Shown: positions 38,169 to 52,099, counted from the first letter of the stretch. The stretch: 64,000 bases of DNA from Raillietiella orientalis (GCA_036172245.1 JAYWIR010000006.1:1798001-1862000), one strand, 5' to 3'. Notes: generated from the sequence alone by a model not told the origin. Translations and numbers: made by a program.

Positions 38169-39024
38169 CCATTGTTATCTGCTGGGTTTTTAAATCATCT
38201 CAGCTTGGAAACAATGTGCTTTTTTCTCCCTTCAATCCACTTCAGATGCTCAGCTCCACTTTTGCATCTCCTACCTACAACAAGGAGCTCGAGTTTTGCT
38301 CCTCCTCTCCCGCCCGCTGGGTCCTGGTTTGAAGATAAGGATCGATTCTGCCGGGAAGACCCAGCCACGGTGACTCAGATTTCACCGGTTCCGCTATACA
38401 AAACCACAAACCCGGAACTCCACTTCTTGTTTCCTCAGGGGTTTCACCACGAAGTGGTGGCCTCCCCGGAAAAGAGTAGAGGGAACGAGTGTCGTCAGCT
38501 CTCCCTTTTCATTCCAGAGTCGGGACAGAAGTGCAGAAGTGCATTCGTTCCTCCCGACTGGCCCGGGATCGAAAACCTTGCGTTGAGACCAGCAGCTCCG
38601 TCCGTTTACCCCGCTTGTAGTGACCGCAGCCGCGTAGGGCTTCGCCGAGGGTCGCCCGTCGCCCTCACAAACTAACTTGGCAGGTCTCGTCTCGAGGTTC
38701 CCAAGCAATCTGCATGGGAACCCTCAGCTCAGTCCCCTAAGGAGCGGGAGCGTTCATATCCCTAACACCCTTCGAAAAGCCCGCCGATGCACGTTGCCGT
38801 CCATCCCGAAATCCGTTAAGCGACCTTCATAAAAAGAATTACTTTCTCGTTGTGCGCAAGCAATTACGTCTCCAAGCAATGCCATTGTCGATTGTTCGAT
38901 TTTCAAATTACGTTGCTAAGCACTCCCATTGTTGACTGCTGGGTTTTTAAATCATCTCAGCTTGGAAACATTGCGCTTTTTTCTCCTTTTAATCTACTTC
39001 AGATGTTCTGAGCGCCACTTTTGC
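38169..39024 (+). repeat. Pair of ~97-bp direct repeats (38169-38265, 38926-39024) flanking 660 bp
   Basis: Shared core CTGCTGGGTTTTTAAATCATCTCAGCTTGGAAACA..ACTTCAGATG..CCACTTTTGC. Confidence 0.85.
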
Positions 39025-39410
39025 TGCTCGCCATCCCTCAATTCCCTTGCACATCAGAGTGTTCTTTCGCCTGAAGTGCAAGGAGGGGAAAAAAAGCACG
39101 GAAATGCATTCAGAAGTTCTTTTTTTTTTCTTTTGTCTTTTTTTTTTTTTGCGATATGTGTTTCTTTACACTGTTTCTTTATGTCCAAAGTTGAAACCAT
39201 GTCCCGAGACCGTGGGATCGTGGATCTTTGTTTTTGCCTATTAACTTAGCAACGAATTCATCAAGTTCTGATGCAAATTGCGTCGATTCATCAAAGTTCC
39301 CTATCCGAAATTCATTGAATCTAGAAGAGTGCAATCTTCAGACGCAGGAGCAAAACAAAACAAAAACAAGACACTCGTAAGAGTCATCGTTGCGGCCACG
39401 ATAGTTTTCG

Positions 39411-39445
<35 letters not shown>

Positions 39446-39610
39446 GAAAGAAAAAAAGAGTGATTGTCATTATTGTTATTTTCTCAGTGTGCACGCAATG
39501 GGAATTCTGTTTTTCTGCTACGCACGCAATCTTTGTCAAAATGAATGGCTTTTCCTCTCGGCGACAGAATGCAAAACGAAGATGGAAAAAATGTGTTTTT
39601 CCCTTTGCAG

Positions 39611-39740
39611 AATATTCCCAGATAAGCTGCGTGGTCGGGACGCAGTGTTTCCTGCCATGCGACGTGACGACTTCCCAGAAGTTCGACGACGTTCAACTGG
39701 TACTGTATTACAAGAACGATCTGACTGCTCCGATATTTAG
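39611..39740 (+). CDS. Exon of a Sidestep-family Ig-superfamily gene (N-terminal half of V-set Ig domain 1)
   Basis: Acceptor TTTTTCCCTTTGCAG, donor AG|GTAAGA, phase 1 to 2. Encodes YSQISCVVGTQCFLPCDVTTSQKFDDVQLVLYYKNDLTAPIF(S), matching the Side-type G..LPCD..D.V.LVLWY..PIYS pattern. Confidence 0.85.
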
Positions 39741-41832
39741 GTAAGAACAGCAGCCCCTAGCTGCAAACTGTGAATGAGCTCCGAGCTGCAAGGGCGCCGT
39801 TGAGGACGAACGCAGTTTCCTGCGATTATGTTCCCATCTTTTTAATGATGCAGATCCGCAAACAAGATGCAAGGATCCTGATTGAGTGGTTGTGATCATA
39901 ATTCCTGTTCGCAATAGTGACGCATCTGTTTATCATCGCGGGGCGTTTATTGATTTCCGAGAGCCTCCACGAGGAGACGTTGCGTCGCCATCAAACGAAG
40001 CTGCCGTTAATGAAGGCAAACAGCCGTAGGGCTTGTACGAGGCACGGCGCCCGTTCCTCGAACTTCCAAATTGTGGAAAAATTCCACGCGAGTGCCCTGT
40101 TCTGCGGAGGGGGGCATGGTGGCGCCGGCAGCGCCTCCCGTTTCATTTGCGCCGCCGGCTGGTACGCGAGCGTTCCATGCCGGGTCCAACGTGTCAGCGG
40201 GATCGCACCTCAAAAGGGATTTCAAACAAACCGGGAGTGGACATGAGGTACGAGGGGAAGAGGGGGAAGGGAATTTTTTTTTTTTTTTTTTTTGGAAAAA
40301 ACGAACTATGCCAAGAGGATCGGCTGTTCAGTCGGCGCTCCATAGCCAATTTGAAGCCAATGTTTTTATGTTGCGCCTTCTCGCTTCTGCAGCATCCTCC
40401 AGCAATTTACTGTTTGGTTCGAATTTTACTGCGCTTTTATACTGCGCTCGTGCATACAATTTCACACCATGTTAACTTTCGGGAAATGACCCATTTGGGG
40501 GCGACTGTAGTCAAACTGTGGCCACCTACAGACTTTTATTATCTTGGAATACTAACGGAAGATTCACGCAGGATGAACATCACGACGCAGCGCGGGAAAG
40601 TTTATGAACAGAAACTTGGCTGCGGTTGCTTTGGAGAAAAGGTAGCAGAAAAACACACACGAGACAAACACAGAGCTTTCCTTTCACGTTCTTCCACGTT
40701 GCGTTCTCAGTTTTGCACACCGAATCTTCCTGCTTCATTATAATCTGGGTACGACGGTCAGCGAAAAGGGGGGGAAAGCAGATTCCGAAATGTCACCCAC
40801 GCACCGGGTTGTACGACGTGGGGAATGCTTCCGGCTAAACCTTCACGAAAACAGCACTTGCAGCAGAGTGGCAGTCGGTGCGCGAGAACCACAGTGCCAA
40901 CTAATTAAAATGCGTGCTCCCAGTTTCAGCTACCGACATTACGCGCACGGAAGACACTCCGAAGATTGCAAGCTCGGGGGGAGGGGAAAAAGGGGGGGGG
41001 GGGAAGGAAGATACATTTGTTCACCTGCACACCTTATTTCGTAGTCACGCATGCATTTTTCTCTTCGTCTGTTCCTGCGGGGTTCAGTTGTCAGGCAGAG
41101 TGCTCTTTGTTTCCAAGGCTTGCAGGAGGCCGAGTCGAGACCGCTTCGCCCGTGCGCTGCTTCCGCTTGTGTTGCTACACCTCTGCTTATCCTCGGCCTG
41201 GCACTTTTCCCGGGAGCGCTCCCTGTCTCGCAAGGTGCTCGACGAAACCAAGCAGCAACCACGTTGTTTCCTGTTCATTTTCTTTTCTCTGTCCGCGAGA
41301 CGCAACGGGCTCTTGTAACATTTTTGATCCTTAAAAGAACGCTTTCTCCCGGCGTTCCCGTTGGGAAAGCGGAGGGTTCCGGCGATCACAATGAAATTCC
41401 GTTCCGAGAAGCGGAAGCACAAAGAGGGGAGATCCCGAGAGAGGGAAGAACGAAGCGAAACAAGACGAAGTTTGCGGCGAACCGCTTCCCTGCCAATCGT
41501 CGGTGCGTTCCGGAAATCCAACGTTTCCGTAGCGACCGGCTTCCCGTTCAGGTCGGACCGGCTGCCTCCTTACGTGCGGCGGTCCCGCGCAATGGCATGA
41601 CCGAATGGGAAGAGGTGCCACCTCCCTCTTCTTCTTGCCTTTTCCCCTTGCCTTCCGCCCCTGATTCGACCTCCCTCCCGCTAAACCTTCTGCGTCTTCT
41701 GCTAAACCTTAGCGAGGTTTGCAGGAGGAGAAAAACGGAAAGTTACCACTGCTGCTACTCCTCGTGCGGATCTTCATTTTTTTCCCATACTCTGTGCTGA
41801 AGTGAAGGGAAGAAGGAAGGGAGTATCTGTCG

Positions 41833-41908
41833 ATGGACCACAAACTGCTTTGGTTCCACAGTTCGACTCTGCTGGCCATGATTGCTGTAGTGTCTTTTGT
41901 CCTTGTGG
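41833..41908 (+). CDS. Candidate signal-peptide exon
   Basis: ATG start, MDHKLLWFHSSTLLAMIAVVSFVLV, followed by a phase-1 donor G|GTGAGA. Confidence 0.3.
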
Positions 41909-44900
41909 GTGAGAGTCAGCACGCTGGTGTTGAACCGAGTACTAGTTCCCGTCCCTGCAAGGCTGGCGTTCCCGAGCCCCTACTTCTCTGTAGGCCCCCC
42001 CCCCCCCAAAAAAAAAAACAAAAAAACATGTTTCGCTCAACGCTGGATGACTGTGCAACAGGGGCAAAGCGTGCCATTCAGCTTTGCCCTGTGCTTCGCT
42101 TGATACGGCTCTCTTGCTGGAGGTCGCAAGGCGAGGGTGCACTCTTCCGGCTCTGAAGAAAAAGACCTGGCAATGGCTCGCGCGTTTGAAAGTAACCTTA
42201 GGGTACCTGAGCTCAGAATTTTCCGCTTTCCTGTCCTCCCGTGGGAAACTGAATGTAAGCCTGGTGCAGGAGGAAGAAAAGGAAGGGGAGTGGGGGGTGG
42301 GAAGGGAGGAACACACAACCTTCAACCTCAACCTTCGTGAAATTCCCTTCTGCGCTATGGGAATTCTGCGACCGCAAACGACACGGCTGGATTGTTCGTT
42401 TCCACGGTGATTTCTTCCACCTCGGCCTTCCGCAGCTCCGAATAGGTTGAGGCCACGGGGGAACGATTCCGAATGTCCACACAGCCGTATGACAGTCTGC
42501 TCAGAGTTCGTCCCTTCCAGCTTGACGGATGGCCCTGGAAATGGGCAAGGTGATTTCGGGAATTCGGAAAGGCGAGACCCAGCAATGCCTGGCCGCTCCG
42601 TTTGCCTACTCTCAGGAAACAGCACAAGGAAATAGGAGAGCATCCTTAGCAACGAATGCACACTTCGTGTCGCGCCTTTTAAAGGGTGCACCCCTGCATT
42701 CGTATACCGCATTTGAATACGTATGCATTCAAGTTCTCATGCCCTATATTCTCTCTCTATACCCCTTAACCCGACGCAACGCTCCAGTTTTCTAACACGG
42801 GAATCAGACGTTCGAGAGGACCGTGATTTTAGCAAACAAATCTCTCGCCAGCCACCGAATCGAAGCTTTCCTAATGCTGCGTTGCAACTGGGGCGATTCG
42901 TTAAGGAGTTTGCGCTCATATGGAACGCATGATCTCCGAGTTGGAGCATCGGAGGGCTTCTTGGCGTGCGAGTTGCTCTACCAGGGTTGAGTTCCCGCGT
43001 ACAACGCGCCGGACAGAAGAAAGTCTCGTTTCCATCGAGACCCACGTGGGCGCCCTGATTGGTTCCACAGCTCGACATGGTCCTAGAATGGACCGCGCAC
43101 ACGTGGTTTGATGTCGGAGATGAAGGGAAGATCCTTCTGGAAGGAAGACCTCGGCTGGCATCCTGGTCCTTCTCAAAAATGCGCTCTTCGATTCTCGGCC
43201 TTCGATTCGCCCTGGTCTCTTTTCATTCTCGGCAAGTGGCCCTGCGTGGTCAACAAAGACAGGGATCGGCGATGCTGCATGCATAACGTGCGTTGCAGGA
43301 AGACTTCATGGGTATCGGCAGGAGTGTCCCCGGAAAAGAAAAAAAAAAATCCGGGACGGGTCTGGATTTTCTCCTCCACTCGGGACGCGAGTTGCTGATG
43401 CTTCGGTAGCGCTGCTACGCGTCCCCGCTGGGAGACCGAGCATCTTCCGCGGTGGTTCACTCTCGTGGTGGTGGAAGGGCCGCGCTCTGCCCGACTTATT
43501 GATCCTGCAACTGAAAGGCCACATTGAAAGGTCCTGCATTAGCATTTGGATGAGGCAGGACTCTGCTCGCAATTTCAACCGAACAAGTAGATGGATGGGC
43601 ATTGGAAAAGCAATTCGAGAAGGTTCGTTCTTCTCGGCGCCTACAGGATTATCGCTGAAGAATGAAGTGCCACTTCATCGGGATGATTTGTTTCCAGCTA
43701 ATTAAGGACCGTTCGTGGAATATCAAAAGCCGTTCATAAGCTCGTTAATGGTCTTCTAGGCGGAAGATCACCGAAATGACTGGAATTCCGTTTCCGGAAT
43801 ATAGAGGCTTCTTTTGTAGGATTTATTTAAAGCAGCATGAATCAGTCCGAACGCGTTCAATTTTTTTAAAAATAGCTTTTAAGGGGCACCTCTCTCATCA
43901 TTTGTGCATTTGCCTTTTTTCTTTTTGTGTATTAACTTTTAAAGGTGTCTCATGAACTTGAAGCGGCAGCCGCTGTTTCCCATTTGCTTTAAAAAATAAA
44001 ATAAATAAATAGACGTATGCTGCTGAAATTCTTCAGGAACAACTGCTTCTCGGAATCATCGTCTGCTTCGGTTGTCGGCACGGGATGATGACACCTCCAG
44101 TTGTTTCGTGGCATGGTGTTATTGTCTAATAGTCCGTTCTTGCCAGACGAAGGGCCTTTTGCCCCAAAGGAAAGTAGCTCGAGATTTTCTCCAGGATCAT
44201 TTGGCACATGAACCATGACATCCACGTCAATGGCGCTAACAGCATAAGGCTGAGATAAACGACTGTAGGATGTCGTTCTTAATGAGGTCTTCCATTCACG
44301 CTAACGTGCTAAATGAAAATTCGAAATGCGGTTGTAGCTGATCCACGATTTTACGCCCACCCTTTTCATTTCTTCCTGTGGATGTCAGGGAAGGATGGGA
44401 ATACATCTTTAGTGAGCAATGATGACGTAAAACTGCAATGTCCGAGCAGGAAAACGCTGTTAAGCGTCTGATTTCCCTCAGAGATGGGAGCGATTCGGGA
44501 GACCTCGGTCGAATTCCCCCCCCCCTTCCCTTTTTTCTCTCCCCCCAACGAGATAAATCTTCTGAAAGATGGCCTGGAAGTTTATGGAGAATCAATGGAT
44601 CCATTGCGAAGGCCAGACCGGAAAGATCGAGTGCCTCTCACGGCGAACATAGGAACGATGCCGATATCATCACCTCGCCAATCAGCACCATCTATCGTTT
44701 TTCCTCAAAGGCCCGCGGTTGAAAAGACGTCACCGGAAAAAAACTCCTTCCTGAATTTGATTAGTGTTTCCACAGACCTTGAGATTTCGATTCCGATCAG
44801 CTGAACAGAAAGAGGGACAGTACGAAGCTGTCACCGAAATTCTTGCACGAACGACCCCTGCCACGAGTCCTAAGGCGTGCTTCATGACTCCTGCATCGGA

Positions 44901-46429
44901 GGAATTCACGCCTGAGTTGAGAATTCGCGAAAGATTGAAACTTTGCGAGGGGGCAAATGGAAGCTCCTAACCTGTCGCCTGGCACTGTGCAGCTCCAGTG
45001 AGTCTCCATGTCTACGGTTTGGGGAGAAGTCAACCGAACTAGAACCGGAGCTTGGAGCGAAGCTTCCGTGCATCCTGCGTCCTCAATTCGAGCATCACGC
45101 CCATTCGAGTCTTCCCACTGTCCCCGAAAGCTCACCACTCATCGGGAGCCGAAGAAATAGCCAATCTATTGGCGCACTCCGGGGATCGTGTGCGCTGATC
45201 CACAGTCGGATCGCCCCTGAACTTGCTGCTACCCTGCGGCTTCTGTTGGAAGCGTCTTTAAAACTTTTCCGTGGAATCTTCACCTCTCCTGATTTTCCGT
45301 CCTTTTTCATCTCCTCCAGAACGAAGACAGAAATTCATTCCTTTCGGCGGTCGCACTCCGGGTCCCTACTGTTTTCTATCATTTGCGCCCATCCGGTGGA
45401 TATCCCTGTTTTCGTAAGAAATGCACACGAGCGTCAGGAACACGGACGCAGTCTCCACTCTCCCTGAGAAAAATTCGATTCGCTCAAAGCACGTGTGCCT
45501 GGGAAGAGCACGGTGCTTTCGAAAGTTGTCTCGGGAATAAAAAATAACAGGACTTTTGCTTTCCTAGAGTTGAAGCTCAAAGCACAAGCGCGTGCTCAAC
45601 ATTCCCAGCAGAAACCCATGGCGGCCTCAGGTTCCTTTGGTGCCGGAGTGTAACTGCGATTTCATAATGGCACCGATTTCATGCCCCGGTCTCATCCTTT
45701 CGTCATGGGTTGGAACCCGGTCCTGAGAACTGACTGTCCGATAAACGATGCATCTTGGTAACCCATTCTCTTCCGGGATACGGCGTCCTCTCTCTCCATG
45801 TTTCCACGTTTACCGTGCTCACTGCGTCCCACTACTATTCGTTGCGCAACTTCATCAAACGCCGGGAGCAAATAAAAGAGAGATTCAATCAGACGAAATC
45901 TGTCCTGCTCTGCGGAGCATCGCTGCTGAAATCGATGCTCTCTGCTCTTCTCGTTCACTGTAGCACCAAGAACCTGGCGCTCTTTTCTTCCCGAGAAGCG
46001 AGTTCCCGCATCTTGTGGTGGGCGTGTCTTTTCTTCTTTTCTTGATTAGGCGTTTTGGTCGCGTCCTCTCTCCACCCTCCTTCCTTGCCGCAAAGAAACG
46101 GCACGCGCTTCACCACGCGCCTAATCAATCTGACGCGGCAGCGAAGTGCTTCCCAACAATCTTCCCCCATACCATAATTAAGCGGGGTACTCAGGAAACC
46201 TCCCCTTACCTCCCTCTTCCCTTGTCCGGTACGTCTCCATACACCGTGCCACATGAGGTCTCGGCGCACCGCTTCGAGAGTCGGCCGCCTTCGTACGGTT
46301 ATCTTCGCTGAAGCGTATCGATGAAGTTTCCTGCCTGTGGCTTTCTCATTCGGACTTTCCGAGGAGATGCGATGGAGGGTTGGCGTCGTTGCTTCCCCGA
46401 GTGGTTTCGGAAGTAGAAAGGCTTTTGCA

Positions 46430-46850
46430 TCTTTCTCCTCTCTTCCTCATTTTCCTCCTCCCTTCCTCCTCCTCTTCGTTCCTGTCTCTCCTTCTCCTTC
46501 CTTCCTCTTCTTCCTCCTCCTTCTTCCCTCCTCCACCTCTCTCCCCATTGTTTTTCCTCTTCCCCTCCTGTTGGCTCCTATCTTCTCCTCCTCCTCCCTT
46601 CTTCCTCTTTCCTTCTTTCTTCTTTTCCTCCTCCTCCTCTTCGTTCCCATCTCCTCCTTCCTATTCTTTCCTCTTTCTCTCCCTCTTCTTCTTTCTTACT
46701 CCTCCTACTCCTTCCTTCCTCTTATCTCATTCTCCACGCCTCTTCCCATTCATGATGTTTTTCCTTCTCCTCTTATTTCTTCTCTTGGTTCCCATCTTTT
46801 CCTTCCCCTTCCTTCCACTTCCAATACCTCTAGCTTTTCCTCCTGCTTTC
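46430..46850. repeat. Polypyrimidine (CT-rich) low-complexity tract
   Basis: ~420 bp almost exclusively C/T on the + strand. Confidence 0.9.
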
Positions 46851-48364
46851 CCTTGGAGTGGCTCAGCTGTCTTTGGCGAGTGAGAAGACTTGCAGGGCTC
46901 CCTTCCAGCTGGAATTCCTAGCCGGGAAAGACCGCAGAGACGCGCTCATCCAAGCCAGCGAGGCTGTGCACCTCCGAGGCTTGAATGGTGGCCGATCAGA
47001 ACAGCGATTTCACTGGAAGACCCAGCGGCGCCTGCGACGCTCCTTGGAGAGCCAGGTTGGAATCTCGCGTGGAGCTCCCATTGGATCGCGTCAAGAGAGA
47101 GGAAGGAGGAGGGGAACGGAGATTCGGTCCCCCAGAGATTACCTTTTCTCCCCTTCGCGCCCCTTGAATCTCCGACCGCCGTCATTTAATGATGGGAATC
47201 GGAGACAGGATGAGGAACAGATTGAGCCACAGATGAGGACACGAGTGCTGATAAGCACGAACGAGAGTGGACGGCAGAAAAACAGGGGGGAGGGGAAGAA
47301 GGAGAGACGGGGAACACTCGCAAGGCTGACTGCAATGGAATGGATCCGTCGGAAGCCGCCACTTTACGATCCAGCCGGCAGCTTTCATTCTTCCTGGGCG
47401 CACGTGGGCCCCTCTGCTGAGAGAGGGAGCGAGTGCGAGGCATGTCCTTCGTTACAAGAGAGGGATTCCTCCCCCCTACTCCTCCCTGCGGAGATCACAC
47501 GCAAGCTCCTCTCTTCCCGTCGCAGCTGGCGAAGGAACCTCCCTCGGCCGGGTTCGCATCGCACCCTGGACCCAAGTGCGCTCCTTCGGGCGCCGCGCCG
47601 CTGGCTTGATGGATCGCCCCGTTTCTCTTGAGCAGGACTGATGGCTGCTCCGGTTGTGAGGAAGGGAGGGTAGGGAGGGGGGGGAGGGACCCCGAAACTC
47701 GTCACAGTGGCATCTTTTCCACCGCGCGCCCCACTCCCTCGGCCTTTCCCGGATCGCCCCCTGCGCGAGCCGCCCCCCCTCATCCGTCACTTTTCTTCCG
47801 ATTCGAAAGAAAGGAAACGGGTGTGATGGGAACTCGTTCTTCGCGTGGCCCTTCCACGAGCCCTCTCTCTCGAGACGTGGCTGTTGTCTTTCAACGCGCC
47901 CAGTGAGGAGGGCTGAAAGCCGCTGAAATCAAAGGAGGGTATATTATCGCTGAGGAGGAGGAAGCGGGGCGTGGCGTTTCGTGCGTGCGTGAAATGGAAA
48001 GTGCCCTTACCGGTTCCTCCTGCCTTCCCTGCCGTGACCGCGGGAAGGAGAAGAACGGGACGCGTAGGAGGGAAGGGGACCAAAAGCCCTCTGACCTGCT
48101 TCCCTACCGGAAGGGTTTGCCTGACTCCCTACGGCTCGCTGCGCGTGCCCGGGACGCGAATCAGGCAGTCCTCCCTTTCCCTTGATGGCGAAGCTCCAAT
48201 CCAAGGCCTCGCGCCCGTTCCTTTCCAATTCCCCCTGATCTCTAGTCCTCCGCAGCGTTTGCTTCCCGGCGGTTCTAAGGGCCATCGGGAAGCCAGCAGA
48301 GTGCCTTTTCCCAGATCCTGGGAAAAGGTGCTGCCTCTTTACCCTGCGAGAGACTCCTAAAATG

Positions 48365-48572
48365 CTTTCTGACCTTACTCTCAGTCCTTTCCTCCTTTCC
48401 TCCTTCTTTTCCTCCCTTACTCTTCCTCCTCCTCCTTTCCACTTCCTCGCCTGTCCCTCTTCCTCCTTCCTTCTCGTTCCTCTCAGCCTCCCCTTCTTCT
48501 CCCCCTCTTCCCCTTTTTCTCTTCCTCGCAGTCTCCATTCCCTTTCTTTCCATCCTCTTCTCTTGCCTTCCC
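48365..48572. repeat. Polypyrimidine (CT-rich) low-complexity tract
   Basis: ~200 bp almost exclusively C/T on the + strand. Confidence 0.9.
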
Positions 48573-48999
48573 TTGGAAAGAATCGAGTTGTCCGTTGGTC
48601 TGCGCAACGGACAACTCGATTCTCTGTAGAGTTCCCGGATCTGTGAGACTCCCTTCCGACTAGGGTTCCTGGAATGAGCTCAAGCTGTGGGAGTCGCTCC
48701 CAGGTGGTCTCAAGGTGCGTCTGACGTCCTCCTTCTGGAGGATGCAGGTCACTGGTCTCTGCTGACCACGAAAGCATCTCTTTCTCTGCTTCTTCTGCCG
48801 GCACTACCTTGCTGAGCTGCCTAGAGTAGAAGATCTTTCCTTCCCGCCGTTCGATTAGTCCTCAGCCCTTTTGTCTTTCGCACCCTGCCGTGCGGTCATC
48901 GGAGGAGAGACGCTGGCTGTCGAAAGTTAAGGTTATTCCGCCGACAACCCACTGGCTGCTCACTAAGAGTCCTTCTCCAGCTCTTTAGCTATGAGATGC

Positions 49000-50400
49000 G
49001 TCCACGAAAGAAAGAGTTGCCGACAAATCCCATGTGGCGCCTTCCGGCGTTTCAAGAAGAAAGTGTTGGACAACTCAAAAGACCTGCTGTGTCCCCGAAG
49101 AGGAATCCTGCGCCCGAAGCAGAGCATGTCCGCAGGGGAAGGCGGGATTTTGGGATCGTCTTTCCTCCTGCTCCCGGGTGCCCTCTCTGAAATGCTCATG
49201 CGAGCGTCACAGGGAACGGAGGGGCTCGCGAACACGTCAGGGTGAGGGAGCTCGCCCTGCAGCCATGAAGTGCTTGCATCGTGCCATCGACATGAGCGCA
49301 CTGTGGACGACGCCACCCTCGGGGCATATCTGTCCACTTCCCTCTGCGAACAACGGGGCTCGTGCACCTCCCTGGATCCGCCGCTCTCCACCCCGTTGAT
49401 CTACCCATTCCAGGACTACATAGCCGCTTCCTCCTCTTTTCCACTTCCGGCAAGATCCGCGCAAATGCTCACGTCTTGCCGCAACCCTGAAGGTTGGCTC
49501 TGGCAGTCAGATTTCTCGTGGGTAATCCTGCGTCCAGCCTCTATCCCGTATTGCACACCTTCCTGATGTACTTGCTGCCAGCTCACACCCACATTCCCAT
49601 ATAACATCTTGCAAGAAGACGGAAGGATGGCGCAAATGAGAGAAAGAGAGGGGGGGGGGGAAGGAGAGGGGGAATGGAAGGAAAGGAACGCCGTCGTTCC
49701 ATCTTTCACGGTTCGTTGCATGAGCAGCAGTTCAAGAGATAAACCCTTTCCTGTACCCTGGTTTCCGAGCGGGACTCCTTGTGTCCGTGTCTCAGGATCC
49801 TCCATCCTCCCGGGAAGTCCGTAGATTGTGACAGGGGCGCCAAGGTGGTCGAAGTTTCCGCCGCTACACTTGTCAGGTCAGGTCAGCTCCGCACCGGGAA
49901 GCGACTGTGAATCCAGAACTCGATCCTTTGGAGAGGGAAGTGTTGGATGCTCCTCCGCCTCTGCTGATCCTTCTCTCTGGAATCTGTGCACGTTGTTCCT
50001 CCCACACAATGGCGCCCTCCGGGAGATTGCTATGTGCTGGTCTTCTGCTCAGCTGTCGATGCCTTCTCGCCTTAGCGATGGATCGCAGCTCCCGAAAATG
50101 CAAGCGAATCTCTCTGGTGATCGGCTGAACTGAGCTGCCTCCGTTGACGCTCCTGTGTTCACGCACACGACCGCCTACCACCTTTACCCCTCTTTTTTCT
50201 CTCTTCTGCCATCCAAGACGAGCGCTGGTCCAGGAGCGTTGAACGATGCTGCCTCGATTTCGCGGATGCTTTCGAGCGTCGCCTCGACTACCGCAATAGC
50301 GAAACGGGTAACCCAGACGACCCTTGCTACTGCCTTGGATGACCCTTTCGCACTGATGAGGGACAGGGCTTTCCTTGGTCACGTGGCATGCGCTCTGGAG
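49000..50400 (-). mobile_element. Decayed R2-like retrotransposon remnant
   Basis: TSREDGGS (DGGLG-like), GSKYI..AGLPTRNLTARA..GCGKT*AFARIL, EVHEP, WRRP, in R2-type order. Confidence 0.35.
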
Positions 50401-50649
50401 CCGCTGCTGTCCTGGTGAAGACTTGCTGTAGAAATGCGGTCTCCTTCGCTCGAGAGAGCCTCCCTCCGCTAGGATTGGGAAGCTGCGACCGTCTGCCGCA
50501 CCTCTCTCTCTCTCACACAGCTTATCGGCAGTGAAGGATCAACGAAGCGTCTTTTTTTTTTTCCACTGAGAGCCGTGGCGGGGAAGGTGCGCGCGCGCAC
50601 ATCCCTTCCACGACGCGTACTCCAGGTGCTCAAGAACCGTTCTCTCGCT

Positions 50650-51385
50650 AAGCTCTTCAACACCGTCGGCGCCACCCAAGGGTGCGTGTCACTATTCCAA
50701 GTTATAGAAGGCAACACCGGAGGGACCACCTGACCACCTTATGAATCCAGGGGAGGAGTCCGTTCCTTTTACGCTTGGTAGGGGAACCCCGAAGGGAACC
50801 TTCAACCCAGATTGTTACCAAAGGGAGTCTCGAAGAGAAGCTCTTCCTTATTCTCTTTGGAGGGACCCTGGAGGGGATTGCTCCTGGAATTTCTTCTCCT
50901 AATGGAACCTGGAAAGGATCCGATCCTTCCTGATTTCCTTGTTTGCTCCTCTGAAGAGAACCTCGAAGGGACGCTTCCCATTTTCTCTTAAGGAAGCTCC
51001 TCAAAGGGAATAGCGCGCTTTCTTGACACTCTGGAAAGGCGAATCCCAGAGGGGGGCATCAAACCAGCTTCATGGTGGTCGATGGAAGGTGCCCCCAGAG
51101 AGAGAAGACTGTGTCTCCATTATCCCAGCCGGGAGGGAACCCCGAAAGACTCCTTGATTCCTGGAAGAACCTCGGAGGGTCGACTTTCAATCCCAGCCAG
51201 TAAACAGGGGCATCTGACTCCCACGAGTGCGGAACCCGAAGCCCCTAGAGCCAACCAGCATCATCCTGCAGAGCAGATTCGAGACCCATGACGCACGCAT
51301 TTCTCGGCGTCGATCTTCCATGTGGGGATTCGAGCCTGCGACGCTTGGCGCCACGCGCGGAGACCACAGCCACCATGGGGACGCC
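50650..51385 (-). mobile_element. tRNA-derived SINE-like repeat, copy 2
   Basis: B-box GGCTCGAATCC on the minus strand (~51326-51336). Collinear with 19473-20168, including the 3' hairpin. Confidence 0.7.
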
Positions 51386-52099
51386 AGCGCGGGCGAAATG
51401 TGCGGAGCACGCGCTTGCTTTCGCGCACGCGATCTGCACAGGGTCGCTTGAAGTGCACATGCCTCTCTTCTCTTCTTTTTGCTCGTCTCCGTCCCGATGA
51501 GGATCACTGGTTCGCTGAGACCTCCCCCTCCCTCCCTCCTCCGAAACGCTTTCTCGCGCCTCCGTCTCCACGGTCCTGGACATGCGGGCGAAGCCAAGGG
51601 AAGTGGCAGTCGAATTTCGCTGTCTCGATGTTTCCCCTCAGGCGTTCGCGCGGAGTCCACCACAACGGGAGCGTCGAGGGAGGGGATTCTTTCACGTCAC
51701 AGCCACGCGTCACACCCGCTCCCTAGTGAACATCGGTCGCGGACCCTCTTCCTCTATCTTCAGCGAATGTGGGAGCAGCGGACGGACAACAAATCGAAGC
51801 TACCCTTTGAACCCCTTTTGAACACTTCGGTCATTTAAGCTTCGAAGTGGCTCAGTTGACACCGAGAGAGAGTTTCCTCTGTTCGTACGATCACGGTTTG
51901 GACGAGCCGCCGACATCGGAAGACAATCCTGCCATTGGAGATACTGACTGGGGAGCTGCAAAAAGAGTGATAAAAGCAGTTTTTTTTTTTTTACTCGCAG
52001 AAGAAACGCCGTCTGCCGCGACTCCGGAGAGGATAGGTTTCGCAAGAAATCACTTCCTGGAATCCTGGTGCTCCCAGGGTTGCTGCCGTCAAGCACGAT

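Noticed and set aside
46337..46921. Hydrophobic 194-aa membrane protein ORF
   Set aside because: Translation of a CT-rich low-complexity tract.
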